64,000 nucleotides of DNA, taken from Candidatus Cloacimonadota bacterium (lineage in GTDB: Bacteria > Cloacimonadota > Cloacimonadia > JGIOTU-2). The notes below the pieces were generated by a model, which searched no databases, was not told the origin of the DNA, and saw only the letters and a list, made by a program, of their open reading frames with translations. Of this stretch, positions 63,521 to 64,000 are shown in pieces. Location: positions 128,001 to 192,000 of the forward strand of contig JBNGBT010000005.1 in assembly GCA_049903315.1 (NCBI GenBank). The letters are read 5' to 3'. Both the position numbers and the translations under genes were made by a program. Position 1 is the stretch's first letter; each line of letters begins with the position of its first letter.

Positions 63521-64000
63521 ATGAAAATTTTAGTAATTGATGACAAAGACGATGCCAGGTATTTTCTGAAAGTATTATTTGAGGGAAAAGGTCATAAGGT
63601 TTCAAGCGCTACGAATGGGAATGAAGCACTGGACATTCTGAAAGAAAATAAAATTGATCTTATTATCAGTGATATTCTTATGCCGGATATGGATGGGTTT
63701 GAGTTTTGTAAAATCGTGAAAACTGATAATGAAATGAAGCATACACCCTTTGTTTTCTATACTGCCACCTATGTTGATAAAAAAGATGAAGAATTTTCAC
63801 TCGAACTTGGCGCTGACTTGTTCCTTCGAAAGCCAATGGATCCTGATACACTTATGAAGGAACTCAGCGGTCTCATGAAACAAATTGAAGATAAGACCTA
63901 CAAATACCAGGAAATGAAACTCAAGACTGAAAAAGATATTTATAAACTCTATAATCGCAGATTAATCAAAAAATTGGAAGATAAAATTGTACAACTCGAA
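63521..64000 (+). CDS. Response regulator with coiled-coil linker to a downstream output domain (3'-truncated; absent from ORF track)
   Basis: MKILVIDDKDDARYFL...IISDILMPDMDG...FYTATY...RKP...YNRRLIKKLEDKIVQLE, open to the window end. Confidence 0.9.
   Translation, partial: MKILVIDDKDDARYFLKVLFEGKGHKVSSATNGNEALDILKENKIDLIISDILMPDMDGFEFCKIVKTDNEMKHTPFVFYTATYVDKKDEEFSLELGADLFLRKPMDPDTLMKELSGLMKQIEDKTYKYQEMKLKTEKDIYKLYNRRLIKKLEDKIVQLE

Noticed and set aside
60997..64000. Two-component block as regulator of the catabolic cluster
   Set aside because: Has its own -35-like box and a generic HK/DivK-like/REC layout with no visible DNA-binding output; only adjacency links it.

Overview
AT-rich bacterial chromosomal window, most likely from an anaerobe of the FCB superphylum (Cloacimonadota-like). 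This assignment is inferred from FlgD/T9SS-type C-terminal sorting domains, a gingipain-like C25 protein, porX-tsaE synteny and the rplM-rpsI-rpsB-tsf order. 1-18.6 kb: large secreted modular proteins (heparinase II/III-like lyase with cadherin-like repeats, beta-helix/PKD/PQQ-propeller protein, beta-helix protein, C25 peptidase), a porin, TldD and a transglutaminase-like lipoprotein. 18.6-46.5 kb: mostly housekeeping genes (ALDH, hflKC, rplM-rpsI-rpsB-tsf-pyrH-frr, ferredoxin, DUF2723, secA, topA, rseP, tgt, porX, tsaE, glmM, mscS, kdsB, etfB, sugar nucleotidyltransferase). 47.8-60.8 kb: an uncharacterised catabolic cluster made of a YahEFG-type DUF2877/FdrA/DUF1116 module, a cyclase-family hydrolase, a xanthine-dehydrogenase-family Mo enzyme, a GNAT protein, a thiolase lacking its catalytic Cys plus a DUF35 partner, a CGGC protein and a UraA-type permease. 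This cluster is the best candidate for an undescribed pathway (possibly oxidative nucleobase catabolism). A two-component block ends the window. Other oddities: ribosomal protein S2 ending in a classical C2H2 zinc finger, a Cys-rich insert in SecA, a His-to-Trp change at the C25 active site, an apparent ATC start codon, a family of ~172-bp elements with 9-nt-periodic inverted arms, an M42 peptidase remnant, and -35 boxes with no recognisable -10 box. No rRNA, tRNA, CRISPR array or transposase was seen. All family assignments come from motif recognition by eye, not database searches.
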